Shown piece after piece: positions 11,575 to 24,710 of a DNA stretch of 64,000 nt. A model generated the notes under the pieces. The model ran no database searches, was not told the origin of the DNA, and saw only the letters and a list, made by a program, of their open reading frames with translations. The DNA lies in contig OX597815.1 in NCBI GenBank assembly GCA_951406725.2, positions 73,284,001 through 73,348,000 of the forward strand, read 5' to 3'. Each line of letters opens with the position of its first letter. The first letter of the stretch is position 1. The translations under genes were made by a program, and so were the position numbers. The stretch comes from Octopus vulgaris. Its lineage: Eukaryota.

Positions 11575-12110
11575 CATGCGCAGTAATTTACTTGTTTGTT
11601 CTTGTCATACACTTTTAATTGCTGTGCACAAATGAAATGATATGGCTTCAACTTAAGACTTTTCAACACCCGTTGACATGACCTCCTGCTCATGTGAGAC
11701 GGCAGCACCAATTTACGTGTTGACGTCTTTGGACTTCGAGTAATCTTTTGGCAAATGTCTTGAATAACTTCCGGCGTTCGAACTGTTGGGTTTCTTTGTT
11801 TAGAGGCGTTGTGCACTGACCCCCTAGCGCCAATAGTGTAGCTAGAGTGTGTACCACCCGAGGTGGTCGTTCTGTTTGACGCCCCCGGACCTAAAAAAAA
11901 ACCCCACATATTGCCTACAGCAGACCCAAAAGTGCTGCCCCTTTGAAAGTCCCTCCCGGAGCAGACCGCCCCTACTGCTCTCCACCAGCTACGCTACTGC
12001 ATAGCGCGTCACTTAACCAAAATTTGTATCGTTCTCCTTGCCAGTAAGCCTTTATCCAGAAACTTGACTTCAAGTTTGCCAATAACGGACCGAGATCACT
12101 CTGGTGTGGA
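11575..12110 (-). pseudogene. Tc1/mariner-superfamily transposase N-terminal relic, split by a MITE
   Basis: RRTIQILVK..GSVHNASKQRNPTVRTPEVI..RSPKTSTRKL..SRRSCQRVLKSLKLKPY, a typical HTH region. Confidence 0.65.
11831..11999. mobile_element. 169-bp hAT-like MITE
   Basis: TIRs CAATAGTGTAGCTAG / CCAGCTACGCTACTG; 8-bp TSD CCTAGCGC (11823-11830) / CATAGCGC (12000-12007). Confidence 0.7.
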
Positions 12111-12334
12111 AAAGTCGGCAAATATACATTGACCCAATAGTTTATCTATTTTAAAAATTATTCTCCCCCCACCCCTCGCTCACCAACATTCTTTCACACT
12201 CCCTCAAACTACGATTCTACAAAAGTAAGCACACTACAAAACTTTCGCTACCGATAGGTTAATCATGTACATAAAAGATTATGTTAAAAGATTTATATGT
12301 GCATAAGTTATTCCATCAATATGATATGGAATGT

Positions 12335-12625
12335 CTGCAATAGGCACAAAGCCTGGAATTTTGGTGGGAGAGGAATAGTCGATTACATTGACTCGTGTAT
12401 GCAACTTTTGTCGCCCCTGAAAGGATGAAAGGCAAAGCCGACCTCGGCAGAATTTGAACTCAGAAGGGGAAGACGGACGAGATACCGCTAAATATTTTGT
12501 TCAGCGTACTAACGATTCTACCAATTCAATAATAACAATAATAACCGTTTCTAATATAGGCACAAGGCCTGAAATTCAGGGGAGGGAGATAGTCGATTAC
12601 ATTGGCTCCAGAATTCAACTGGTAT
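12335..12625 (-). mobile_element. SINE family B copy plus a second tail fragment
   Basis: AAAGGATGAAAGGCAAAGCCGACCTCGGCAGAATTTGAACTCAG and type 2 tails. Confidence 0.75.
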
Positions 12626-12653
12626 GGTATGTATGTCATTATTCAGGTGTAGG

Positions 12654-12980
12654 TACCTTGGGGAAGTGCCTTCTGCTATAGCCTCAGGCCAACCAAAGTT
12701 TTGTGAATGGATTTAGTAGACGGAAACTGAAAGAAGCCCGGAATATGTGTGTGGGGGTGAGTTTGTGTGCCTTTGTGTCTGTGTTTGTCTCCACGACCGC
12801 TTGACAATCGGTGTTGGTGTGTTTACGTTCCTGCAACCTAGCGGTTCGGCAAAAGTGCCAGACAGAATAAGTACCAGACTATTTTTAATATGTACTTGGG
12901 TCGATTCATTCGTCTAAAAAATCCTTGAAGGTGATGCCCCAGCTTGACCGCAGTCTAATGACTGAAACGAGCAAAAGATA
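12654..12980 (+). mobile_element. SINE family A, 5' truncated
   Basis: ACCTTGGGGAAGTGCCTTCTGCTATAGCC...GACTGAAACGAGCAAAAGA matches 5312-5704. Confidence 0.85.
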
Positions 12981-14914
12981 GAGAGTGGTATGTAAACTTC
13001 GCCTATGCCTTTAATGCTCTTAGTAAATGCATGAACATCTCAACTGTGACCATTATTCTCCACACAAAAATAACAGATTTTGTATTTCTAGTAAATAAAT
13101 AAATGAAGGCCAATAAACGTGTAAGCGGAATTAAGCGACCACAGTGTTTCGAAATATTCTATAAGCTAGTTTTGACAATTGGTATGAGCATCACCATTTT
13201 TCAACACCCTTTGTTTAAAATACATGATGTCTGTGTAGGTGTCTAGTCAATGCATCAAAGCTCGTTTATCGCGGAGGTTTAGTTTTTAAAATAAGTGATG
13301 CATGAATTACTTCCATGCGCTATATAAATGGAACAAATTGTAGGGTCATTGACACTAAACTTGCGACCCACTGCAGCGATGCTTCCACTGTTATGTATTT
13401 TCTCTATCATCTGCACCTTTTCTAATAGAAAATGCATTCTTCTGCATTATTTGTAAGACTTATAAAATTTTTGTTCACTGTTGACGGAACAATCACAAGA
13501 GATAGCCAGTGCGTTGTGGGTAGCTGAGCAGTGTGGATAGTGACCGTGATTCGTTTTTGCGGTACAAACAGAATCTTTGACCGATCGCCGATCCGTTTTA
13601 TCACAGATCAATACTGATAAGTGTAACATGGTTCACACTTGAGCGTACCGTGTTATCCCGGATTAGTGATGAATGAATCCGTGATAAACGAAGCTACATG
13701 TAGTGAAGAATGGACATAATCTTAAATCAAAGCGTGTAAACAAGTTCTGATACTCCCAGTTATAACAATTTCACTTATTAAAAATCGTTAGAATCTTTGA
13801 AATAAATCGCAGACGCCACAGAATTTCATTTCCTCTCCTATAAATTCCGAGAAAAAAACAAAACAAAACAAAAACAAATTGTCTAAGTACTAACCAGAAT
13901 ATAAATGTAATTCGTCATCATTGACGTCGTCGTCGTCGTCATTGCTTTTATTATTGTCGGTGCTCTCAAGGTCCCCTTATGTCATTGGATAATGTATTTT
14001 GTTAACATATATCATTTGAAGGTACTAATTATTCTCCAAAGCACGAACTACAACAATGATCAGCATATTCACCCTCAAATCTACCGGAACTTATGAAGAA
14101 TGGATATACTCATCATTGTTTTGATTCTTGCCGTTTTACAATGATAAATCATCGATTTGGCAGACATCAGCAGGCATAGGCAACAAATTTGTTCAATAAA
14201 CAAGCGCCACCATTTTTGTCTAGTCCATTGATCCGAGTGTAGCTCTGACTGAAGCGATATATGAAGTCGAAACACCGGTGTCAGAAAGTCCTTATACATC
14301 ACTGAAACGTGTATGTTGTCACATTCTGTATTGTTACATTGATTCGTTTATTACTCAATGAGATATGACAAAAAATCTATAACTACAGTAATATTGTTTC
14401 CATAATCCGCAAGGTTGCCGGACGAAGGTAACCATTACTAATATCAAAGATGAGTCAATCTTTTCCGAATCAGACAGCTACTTAAAATATAAATTCTGAT
14501 CCCGTGTATCTATCCATGGAAGAAATCGATTTATATACTAACACGCACACACAAAAAAAAAAGTCTTGAAAAAAACTGCAGTGGACCATTTCTAATAGAG
14601 TGAACCATTTTCTAACTATAAAATTATTCTACAGGAATTAGTAGTTGATTAGCAACACAATTACAGAATTTGTTCTGATGTTAGTAGTTCGGTTGAAAAT
14701 GTTTGTAAAGATATAACGTTTATGGTTTGGCTTTATCTTTTTAAAATCTAACCTGTTTCCATAAAACTATATGTTCTCACCAACATTATTATTCTCTTCA
14801 AGTATGGCACGATCAAACGATTGGAAAGTCTTCGGTTTTTCTGTGACGTATGAATAGATGTTTGATGTTTATGTGATAAAATGCTGGATGTATGGATGGA
14901 TATACTAACAAACT

Positions 14915-14933
14915 GACAGACAGACAGACAAAC

Positions 14934-15010
<77 letters not shown>
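14915..15010. repeat. (GACA)n-(GATA)n microsatellite
   Basis: Directly visible. Confidence 0.95.
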
Positions 15011-15011
<1 letters not shown>

Positions 15012-15834
15012 GAGAGAGAGAAAGAAAGCGGGGGTTAGGTCATAAAAGTTCTGTAGAAATTCTGCGAAATCTACGACTTTGTAAGTTTATTGGTCGTTAT
15101 CGGTAGCCATAGAATCAGTAAATCTGTTATTTATCTCCATATTACTTTCAAGTGTGAAGCATACTGAAACAGTGCATTTTATTTTACTGTAAAAGTACTC
15201 ACACTGTTGCCATTGTAGGGACAGAGAGAAAAGCTGAGAAAGGGGGGGGGTAGTTGATCTCGTAACTCGTTTGGTTTCCAATGGAGTCTAAATTTAATTT
15301 TAATGACTTATTCAGAAAAGTAAAAACTTTTCCTCCTCCAAAACATTAAATATGGTAGAACTACAGCCGATCGAAGTGGATATCAAAGGTTTGACGGTTC
15401 GATCCTTCCTGCAGTGCTCGTATGTTATCCACAGTCAAAACACTTAATAGTCAACGACCCATTGCCTCCGCAGAGCTATAGCAACTATATTGGTTTCTAA
15501 GAAAATATCAGGTACAAGGCTCCGGTTTTATGGGGAGGATATAATCTATTTAAGACTGATACCAATTCCTGGTTGGCATTTTATTTTATCGAACCCTGTA
15601 GGATGAAAAACGAAGTTGGCTCCTGGCGGGATCTGAAATCTGAACGCAATTAGTAGTAACTAAATATCACATGGCATTTTGTTCGGTGCTCTACTGTTCC
15701 TATCAGCCCCCTCCCCCACCAACACACAATATAATTTCTGATTTTGGCACAAAGTCAGCAGTTTTGAGGGGAAGCTTAAGTCGAAACCATAGTATTTTAC
15801 TTTATTGACGATAGGGGGATAAAAAGTTAGGATG

Positions 15835-16189
<355 letters not shown>

Positions 16190-16599
16190 TAAAATCTATA
16201 AATCTATAAAACCTTTGAGATAAAGCGAAGACGTCATCGAATCTTATTTCTTTTTCTCTGTAAATTCTGAAATATTGTGCTATTACAAAAGCAGATTACC
16301 AAAGTACTTTCCAGAATACATATATAATGCCATCGTCATAATTTTTACCATTATTGGTGAACTTTTGGAGCAGAGGTCGGCAACGTGGTCAATATTGACC
16401 CCTGGGATGGGATTATGTTTTGGCTGTACAAGGAGTTGGTATTCCGGCTATATCAATATAATATGACTGGATTTTTATTGATCTTTATCAATTTCGTAAA
16501 GTGTTTTTATGACCTCCGCCTTAACGAAGGCGCAGGTATTGTTTTCAGTCGTGTTTGTTTGCTTGTTTGTTTGTCTGTCCCCCAGGAATTGATGAGGCG

Positions 16600-16860
16600 T
16601 GGCTGGTGGCAGCCATTCTCTTCAACACAGAGGAGGACACTGAAATGTTGAAAGTGTCGAGAACTGTGGAGGTGAGCTGGTGAGGGTGTGGACTAGAGAT
16701 GTTCGTCCATGTGGGCTTGCCGGACTTCTATAGGATTGCGGAGGAGCTGATACTGCCGGACGAGATAAGTTTGAGAGTGGTGGTGGAAGGAGGACCACCT
16801 GTAAGTTTTTTTTGTGGAGTATAGGGACACATGAAAGCTTAGTGTCCTCAGAAACACGAA
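16600..16860 (+). pseudogene. Decayed gag-like ORF1 (L1/Tx1-type) zinc knuckle, followed by GA-rich low-complexity sequence
   Basis: EISLRVVVEGGPPVSFFCGV*GHMKA*CP is a degenerate CX2CX4HX4C knuckle preceded by a V.VEG.PP motif. Confidence 0.5.
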
Positions 16861-17389
16861 GAGGAAGAGACGAGGAAGGAGTATCTAGAGGAGGAGGGTG
16901 CAACCGTGGAGGAGGAGGAGGAGGAGGAGGAGGGTGCAACCGTGGAGGAGGAGAGGGTGGAGGAGTAGTGTACAGTGGTAGAAGGAAGGAAGAGTAGTGA
17001 CTCACCACCAGGGGGTCCGAGGAGGAAGGGAAGGGCGGATGGAGAAGAGAAGCGGAGGGGAAAACAAGACAGTGCGGATGAGAGGGGAAAAAACGAAGGG
17101 ACAACAAAAGTAAGTGAGGAACGAACGCGGAGACCATCAACTAGCAGGGGGGAAGGAGTGCGGAGGAGGGAGAAATGAAAGAGAGATGATAGCAGCACAG
17201 AGTGAGAGACGGACAGCGACGGAGGTGGGGATTGGTGAGGGGAGAAGGAGAGTGACATCCAAAAGGAAAAACATAAGAACAATGGTGCAATGCCCAAGAG
17301 GTGTGGAGGTGGAGATGACAGTTGCCAAAATGAGAGTTGTCAGAGTGAAGTTAGCGACCAAAGAGTGTAACGAACGTTTTGAAGCTGTT

Positions 17390-17633
17390 TTGTTGGACTG
17401 TTTGTCAAGCGGTGTGGGAGGACAAACAAACACTATGACACAGCGCGTGCGCGTACGCACACATACGTCTATGACAGGCTTCCACATAGTTTCCGCCTAT
17501 CAGATTCATTCTCTAGTTATCATTTTCCCCGGCGCTGTTGTAGAAGACACTTGCCGAAGATGCCACGTAATAAGAGCGAACTGGAAACGTCGTTGCCAAG
17601 CGAACTTCTTAACAAAACAGCCATGCCTGCGCC
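17390..17633 (-). mobile_element. SINE family A, diverged
   Basis: TGTCAAGCGGTG..GTAGAAGACACTTGCC..CAGCCATGCCTGCGCCTA. Confidence 0.7.
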
Positions 17634-17780
17634 TAGCTGAAACTTTCCTTCGATATCATCTGCATGAGTGTCCCTAGCAGAAGTTAAGCTATGAAACTCC
17701 AGATTTCAGAAGTACACAAGCTTGCCTAGGTTTTATGCATATTATTTTATCCTGATCACACCTTCTTGCTAAATGATCAG

Positions 17781-18020
17781 GAAATAAATCAATCATAAAC
17801 ACCCACGGCACCTTCAAGGTCCATAAACACTTTATTTCACATTGTCTACCTAATGAAATATCTTCTCTAATCCGAGCCAAGGCAAACTGAAGTCAAGCTA
17901 CAAATAAATCAATCATAAATATCTACGCTTCCTTCAAGGACCGTATTCATTTTAATTCTACAGTCACTCTGATGAAATATCATCCCCAGACCGTGCCAAC
18001 AAAGCAAATTGAAGTTAACC
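17781..18020. repeat. Diverged tandem duplication, period about 120 bp
   Basis: AAATAAATCAATCATAAA..CCTTCAAGG..TGAAATATC..GCAAA.TGAAGT.AA occurs at about 17782 and 17902. Confidence 0.7.
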
Positions 18021-20260
18021 TGCGATATTCTGAATTTCAATAACATACCATCTCGTAAAAAGCCAGTTTTAGATTTATCATAATTTGCTTGTGCATACGT
18101 CACACTATCCTATACTAAATTTTAACTGAAAAATCTGTGGTGTAACTTATACATGAACCAAAGCTAAAACTATGAAGTAAAAAAATATTTGGTACCAATA
18201 GTTATTAGGGCTACGATTTACACACGAGTGCGATTTATATACACGAATAAATACGATACTATGGTACTTTCAGCGGTTCTAAGTTCATAACCTATAACAG
18301 CTCCTCACGTTGTTGGATCCAATCTAAGATTCCTTCTTTTTTGTATACAGATAAAAAAAAAAAAATTTTTTAAAAAACTCCAAACAAGCATATCGATGAT
18401 ATTGATATCGTCAAGCAAGCAAGAACATTATCAACAACAACGACAACAACAGCAATAATGATGATGGTTGTGGTGGTGGTGGTGATGATAGCGATATTAG
18501 AACATTGTTCACATTAGTCACTGCAGCACCAAGTTATATTTTTGTTTTAGTTGTTGCACTAATATTTTCCGATGCATTGTCTATGGACAGTTGGAAAGGA
18601 AGAAAGGAGGAGGAGAGAGAAGAAAGATGAGGAAGAGGAGGAGAAGGAAGAGATATGTGGATGTCGGTGATAATGAGATTCGGTGCTGCTAAAATCTGTT
18701 CTTTTTACTGTGAAGTTATAGCAGATGTGAACTGAACAACGGAAAAGTGATCAGTTATTATCTATAAAGATATTAGTGATGAGAGAGAGAGAAAGAGAGT
18801 TGGGTAAAATGAGTAAGAGAAGAGAAAAGAAACGAAGGTAAGAGTGCGATGTGAAGGAAGATAAGGATGGCGTGTGGGGGGAGGGAGACAGAGGAGAGAA
18901 AAAGTGATTTGGGCGGGTTAAAGGAACATAACAGTTGAAAAGACAAGGGGAAAATGTTCAAAGGACGAAACTACCAGAGAAAACAGTAAAAATGAGCTAC
19001 AAAAGCGGACACGTTTATACGCATACAATACACAATTATACACACACACATACATATATGCATACAAATGCACACACGCGCACACATACACATACAAACA
19101 CACACGTCCTCACGAACATGCACTTAGTTATCTATAAGCGTAGTGTGTGTATATATGTGTGTGTGTGTGTATTTATGTATGTATGTGTATATATATATAT
19201 ATGTGTGTGTGTATTTATGTATGTGTGTATATAAATGTGTGTGTGTATGTATGTATGTATATATATATATATATATATATATAGAATATACGTATATATA
19301 CTGTAATGTACTAATATAGGTATGTATGTATGTATGTATGTATGTATGTATGTATGTATGTATGTATGTATGAATGTATGTATGTATGTATGTATGAATG
19401 TATGTATGTATGTATGAATGTATGTATGAATGTATGTAATCGGTGAAGGCTCTTGACAAGGGGAGTAAGACTAATGAGGTGATATGTGTAGTGATAACAT
19501 ATAAATGGTGTCTGTAAAAAGGAAAAACACTTCCTCTGTACTACAGCGTCGAACTTCAGAGGCAAGATCAAAAGAAGACAAGAGAGTAGCCAGCAACATG
19601 GTGATTGTGAAGTGCTTGGTTTGGTGTATTATTTTAACGTTTCTATATCTTATATGTATGTATGTGTGTGTGTATGTATGTATGTACGTACGTGTGTGTG
19701 TGTGTGTGGACGTATATGTCTAACAACGGCTGACGTACTGATATGACCATTATTAAAGCAAACGCGGCCGGTAAGATTGGTCGTCAGAACGGACAGGATG
19801 TTCAGGCAGGAAGTTACTGGCTCGTCTAAATGCTCACCGGTTACATCAGTAACCTCCCTTTGATATCTCTATTCTCTCCATTCTCTCTTTCTCTCTTGCT
19901 TTCTTTCTTTGCGTCTTTTATTTTATCATGACTATTATTGTCATTATTGTTATTTTTAGTTTCTTTCTAGCTTTTGTTTGTCAAATCTAATGGTCTTCTT
20001 CTTCCACTTGATGAATCGTTTATTTTATTTTATTATTATTATTATTATTTTGCCTGTGTACAACCTAGCAACTTAGCCAACAGAACACAGAAATGTTGCC
20101 GTAAGAGTTATATCCCTACAAAGAAGGGAGAGACACGTAGATCTATGTGTAAACACAAATACACACATATGCACAAACGTATGTGTCGATATGTGTATAT
20201 ATATATATATATATACATATATATATACATATATATATACATACATATATATATATATAT

Positions 20261-20301
<41 letters not shown>

Positions 20302-21204
20302 TGTGTGGTCATTGTGTGTGTATGTGTTGCTTTTCTGAAAATCCCTAACGGAACAAGTGTCATTGTAATTTATCTCCATCTACAACGATCCTTCTCATCA
20401 TCAAGATGATAAATAATGATTCTTACACTGGCACAAAGCCATGTGTTTTCATAGTGATAAAAAGTGGCTACCGTTGCTTGAATCGAAGTACAGTAGTTGT
20501 CCTTCGGTTTACACGATACTTGATTTGCTCGGTTTAGTTTAGGCTGAATTATTTTTTGTCATCATTACTGTGAAGTTACGTCGAACAGCTTCAATCACAT
20601 GTAGAACGGATCCCACTTATCGGTCGACACAATCTTAAAGATTGTCGACCGTCCTCCATTGCCCGTTAAGGACAGGCAGGTTCTTCTCTTTGGTGGTTGT
20701 GGAGAAAAAGGTTGTGTGATGGACAAGATTAAAAGAACTGAAAACAGACATTGTCCTCTTCAACTTTTCTGAGTTCCTATAGCAATAATATTGACAGAGT
20801 CCCAAATGCCAATTCACTGCCTAGGAATTGAAACTGAATCACTATTCAGACCTGAAAATAACTGTAACCAAAGGATTTTGTTAGGGAATGATGACGTCAG
20901 CAAGCAACTAATCATTTCAGGCCTCTGATAAAAACATAAAGATCTTTTTATTAGCAGTTGGATTGACCAGAGAAAACACAATAGATTCGTTAGAATTACA
21001 GTTGTAAGAAACTTAAATATAAAGCCCAAGATTACTTTGGGGGAGAATTTTTTCGAAGTCAACGACCTCGAACCCACAAGAGTAAACAAGAAAGACAGAC
21101 AGGCAAAAACAAGAAAAATGCCACTTGTATTTGATCACTATACAAATATTCTTTTAAAAAAGCTTTTCTTTTAATTTTTCTAAATTTGATTGTTTAATTG
21201 TTAC

Positions 21205-21238
21205 AGTTGAAAAAGTCTAAATGACTGAAACCGGTACT
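21205..21238 (+). ncRNA. Minimal type I hammerhead-like motif (U3-A8 variant)
   Basis: AG-TTGAAAA-AGTC-TAAAT-GACT-GAAA-CCGG-TA-CT, with palindromic stem III ACCGGT and a GUA site; stem I is only 2 bp in this copy. Confidence 0.55.
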
Positions 21239-21288
21239 AAAATGTTTTTTATAAAATTATTTTAGCATTTTCTATCTTTACTTTTTTT

Positions 21289-21343
<55 letters not shown>

Positions 21344-21503
21344 ATGTTTATTTCTTATTAGCAGTACAAATATGCTTCCGGTACGTTCGAGCTCGTTAAC
21401 AAGTCATTCACTGTATTTTGTCATGGCAAAAATTTCTTGCTGTAGACAACTGGGGCAAATACATCTACATCAGTTCGCAGCGCCACCTGTTTAGATTGTG
21501 AGA

Positions 21504-21542
21504 TGTAATCATTTCGGAGTGGTTATCTCCTCTTCGGTTACA
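21504..21542 (-). ncRNA. Decayed hammerhead-like motif
   Basis: Minus strand TGTAA-CCGAAGA-GGAG-ATAACCA-CTCC-GAAA-TGA-TTACA; stems I and II are intact, while U4 and the NUH triplet are non-canonical. Confidence 0.4.
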
Positions 21543-21601
21543 AACACTGTATGATATATACAGAGAGATGACAGGAGACGGATAGATAGATAGATAAATA
21601 A

Positions 21602-21664
<63 letters not shown>

Positions 21665-21681
21665 TAGAGTCAGAGAGAGAG

Positions 21682-21733
<52 letters not shown>

Positions 21734-21906
21734 CTATACCTACACACATATGCACATTACATTATACATACACACACATGAAGTAGAATTTGCGTGTTCA
21801 AGTAAATGTAACTCTGCCGCTGTTATGCTTAGAGCTCCAGTACTTATCTGATACTCAATGCAACAATAACGGTGAAAGACGCACAGGAAAATTGATATGG
21901 TCATGT

Positions 21907-21978
<72 letters not shown>

Positions 21979-21979
21979 G

Positions 21980-22105
21980 CATGTTCCAAACGCAGAACTT
22001 TACAGGATTCATGAGGGCCACCTAAGTAATATATGCAACCTTCAAATCAAGGAGGGCCTCCTCGTTAACAAGCTGAGGTCAACTCTAAACAACAGAGAAC
22101 TACTC
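21980..22105 (+). pseudogene. Possible C-terminal fragment of a Penelope-type GIY-YIG endonuclease
   Basis: NLQIKEGLLVNKLRSTLNNREL resembles the L.I.E.l.I....P.LN..E end motif; directly follows (TA)n. Confidence 0.35.
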
Positions 22106-22568
22106 GAAGCTGACTGGCTATTATAACAACACAAGTCTGCGTATGTCATCATCCACCCAAACATATTTGACACACACACACACCCAAAACGACGCTAATA
22201 GCGTGAAAAGGAATGTAAATAGTATCTTAATTTAGACAAAAAAAAAGCTAAGTTGAGCCATGGATCTAAGTCTCCTAATGATTAATGGTTCATCTCTCCC
22301 CAGGTCGGCCATTTTGACATGTGCTTTGACTCACTTCAAAGCAGTTGAGTCAAATTCAATCAAAACCTCCTCAATAAATTTACAATGCATAGGCTACATG
22401 TTTGCATAACAAAGAGCTGTTATGCAACTATTTGCCTTAACTGAAAAGAAAGATATGTGACACTCCACCAACAGAGGGCATTTGAAATTTCTTTCTGGAA
22501 TGCAAGTGGTAGTTCTAGTGGGTGGATCAACTCTCCTTGTGGCTCAACTCACTTGGATCTCTCCTACT

Positions 22569-22657
22569 CTTATCAGACGGGTAGTCATGATAGATGTACT
22601 TGGAATCATATATTTTACCCTAGAGTCACTTTGATGGCACGCACTGCTCTCTCACTC
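22569..22657 (+). mobile_element. 3' fragment of the unclassified (AAT)n-associated element X
   Basis: Matches 28989-29077; followed by (GAT)n(AAT)n at 22658-22822. Confidence 0.8.
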
Positions 22658-22661
22658 AATA

Positions 22662-22726
<65 letters not shown>

Positions 22727-22751
22727 AATGATGATGATGATGATAATAATG

Positions 22752-22823
<72 letters not shown>

Positions 22824-22849
22824 GGCGACAAAATCAATTCATGCAGTCA

Positions 22850-23344
22850 CAACAGAAGTTGCTGGGAAAATTGGTGGGATTAACTGATGAAAGGAACACA
22901 AAAAAAAGAGATCAAGACCACTATACTGGCAGCGCAAGACCAAGCTTTGACCTCGAACAGGAAGATCAAACTGAGAAATAAGTGTCTCCGCTGTGCCGCA
23001 TCTGCAATGGAGTGGATGAAATCATTGCCCATATCACGAACGAATGCCCCAGATTTGCCCAAAACCACTACAAGTTGTGGCAACACGATCAGGTAGCGAA
23101 TGTGCTACATTGGAAACTGCGAAAAATGAGGGCTAGAGAGAGGCAAGACGTGGTATGCGCCCAAACCACAGAGAGTGGTAGAGTCGGAGACAAGCAAAAT
23201 TCTCTGAGATTTCCCAATCCAAACAGATCAGGTGCTAGAGCATAACAGACCGGATCTACTGGTGGTGGACAAGATGCACCACATACGCTACATAGTTGAT
23301 GTCGCATGTCCTTTTGACCCACGAATAGTCAAGAAAGAAGGTGA

Positions 23345-23438
<94 letters not shown>

Positions 23439-23656
23439 TGATTGATAGATACAACCCTTTTAAGTACAAAATAGCCCGGCTATGGAAAATGAGGAAGGGG
23501 AAGATAAAGGCAGTTATTGTTGGGTCCTTAGGAACACTATCAGAAGTCATCAAGAAGAATATAACGGAAATTGGAATAGAGTACCCAGTAGAACTGTCAC
23601 AAAAGGTTTGCTTCCTTGGCACAGCCAGAATAATCAGGAAAGTATTAGATAGCTGA
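22850..23656 (+). pseudogene. 3' fragment of an R4/Dong-like LINE (second subfamily), frameshifted, containing (AGAT)n
   Basis: ILAAQDQAL, CRICNGVDEIIAHITNEC (CCHC), HDQVA..LHW, DFPIQTD..HNRPDL, IVDVACPFD, VIVGSLG and LGTARIIRKVLDS*. Confidence 0.85.
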
Positions 23657-23734
23657 AAAGAATGGATAGCATGGTACCGTAGGCTGCAGGTAGCGAACCC
23701 GCTACGCATGTACGATTCCAGGAGCTCCGATATT

Positions 23735-24076
23735 AAAACGATACCTTTTGTTATAGGTGTCCTAGAAATGATAGCAAAAGGAGCTGTTTCCTACCTAGCT
23801 CAGATACCAGGAAACCCCAAAATGGCAGAAATTCAAAAGATAGTGCTCATGGGAACTGGCCATATCCTACGTAAAATACTGTCTATGTAATCTCAAATTT
23901 TAAAATAAAAATATTTTTCTTGTTTTCTTAAACGTTCCCTAGAACAATACTATATGCAAAACCAAATATATAACACCTTAGGCATAATACCAACTTGAAC
24001 TTCTAACTTGTTGTCTCTTGAGGTCTCTAGGTGAGACTTAGAGTCAACTTGTACAAATACAAAGCAAAAGTCAAAC

Positions 24077-24080
<4 letters not shown>
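23735..24080 (+). mobile_element. Short 3' end plus 3' UTR of an R4/Dong-like LINE (third subfamily), ending in (AAT)n at 24081-24186
   Basis: IPFVIGVLEMIAKG..IPGNPKMAEIQKIVLMGTGHILRKILSM* aligns with the C-terminus of ORF 25825-28254. Confidence 0.85.
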
Positions 24081-24169
<89 letters not shown>

Positions 24170-24710
24170 TAATAATAATAATAATAAAAAGTATTATTTG
24201 ACAGGCAAGAACTCTAGTGTTGAAGACAGTCAGCCAGCCAACCACCAAGCCAGCCAACGAGACAGACAGACACTACTGTGATGGTGATAATGATAAAAAA
24301 ACAAAAATAACAATAATAAGATACTGCTGTGACTACACATAAAACAATATCATTGATGATGATGGTGGTGATGGTGATGGTGATGATGATAATGATGATG
24401 GTAATGGTGGTGATAATGATGATAGTGATGGTAATGGTGATGATAATAACAATAATAAGCCGACTACGGCTGCTATAATGGTACGATTATAATTGTAACG
24501 GCAATGATGGCCGTCTCCCCACGAGCCAATCAAAGCTAAAAAATGATAACATTATCGTAGCACCAAAATGTTTTTGGAAACTAAAAGGAAAACTAAATCA
24601 GTATACCAAATCGCTTTTCCTATGGTTAATCTGGAAGCGCGTCCCCAGGGAAGAGCCAGCCTGGGATCGAAAAGTCATCAACTGGCACAAACTCTTCTCC
24701 GAATACGGAC

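Noticed and set aside
13180-14330. Possible Merlin/IS1016-like transposase remnants on the minus strand
   Set aside because: Only faint resemblance (TVNKNF); no catalytic motifs or TIRs.
16622-17297. Proline/serine-rich 149-172 aa minus-strand ORFs
   Set aside because: Antisense reading of GA-rich low-complexity sequence downstream of a decayed ORF1 knuckle.
24459-24545. HDV-like ribozyme at the 5' end of the R4-like LINE
   Set aside because: A CGT-CTCCCC-ACG hairpin exists, but P1, P1.1 and P2 partners could not be assigned by eye.
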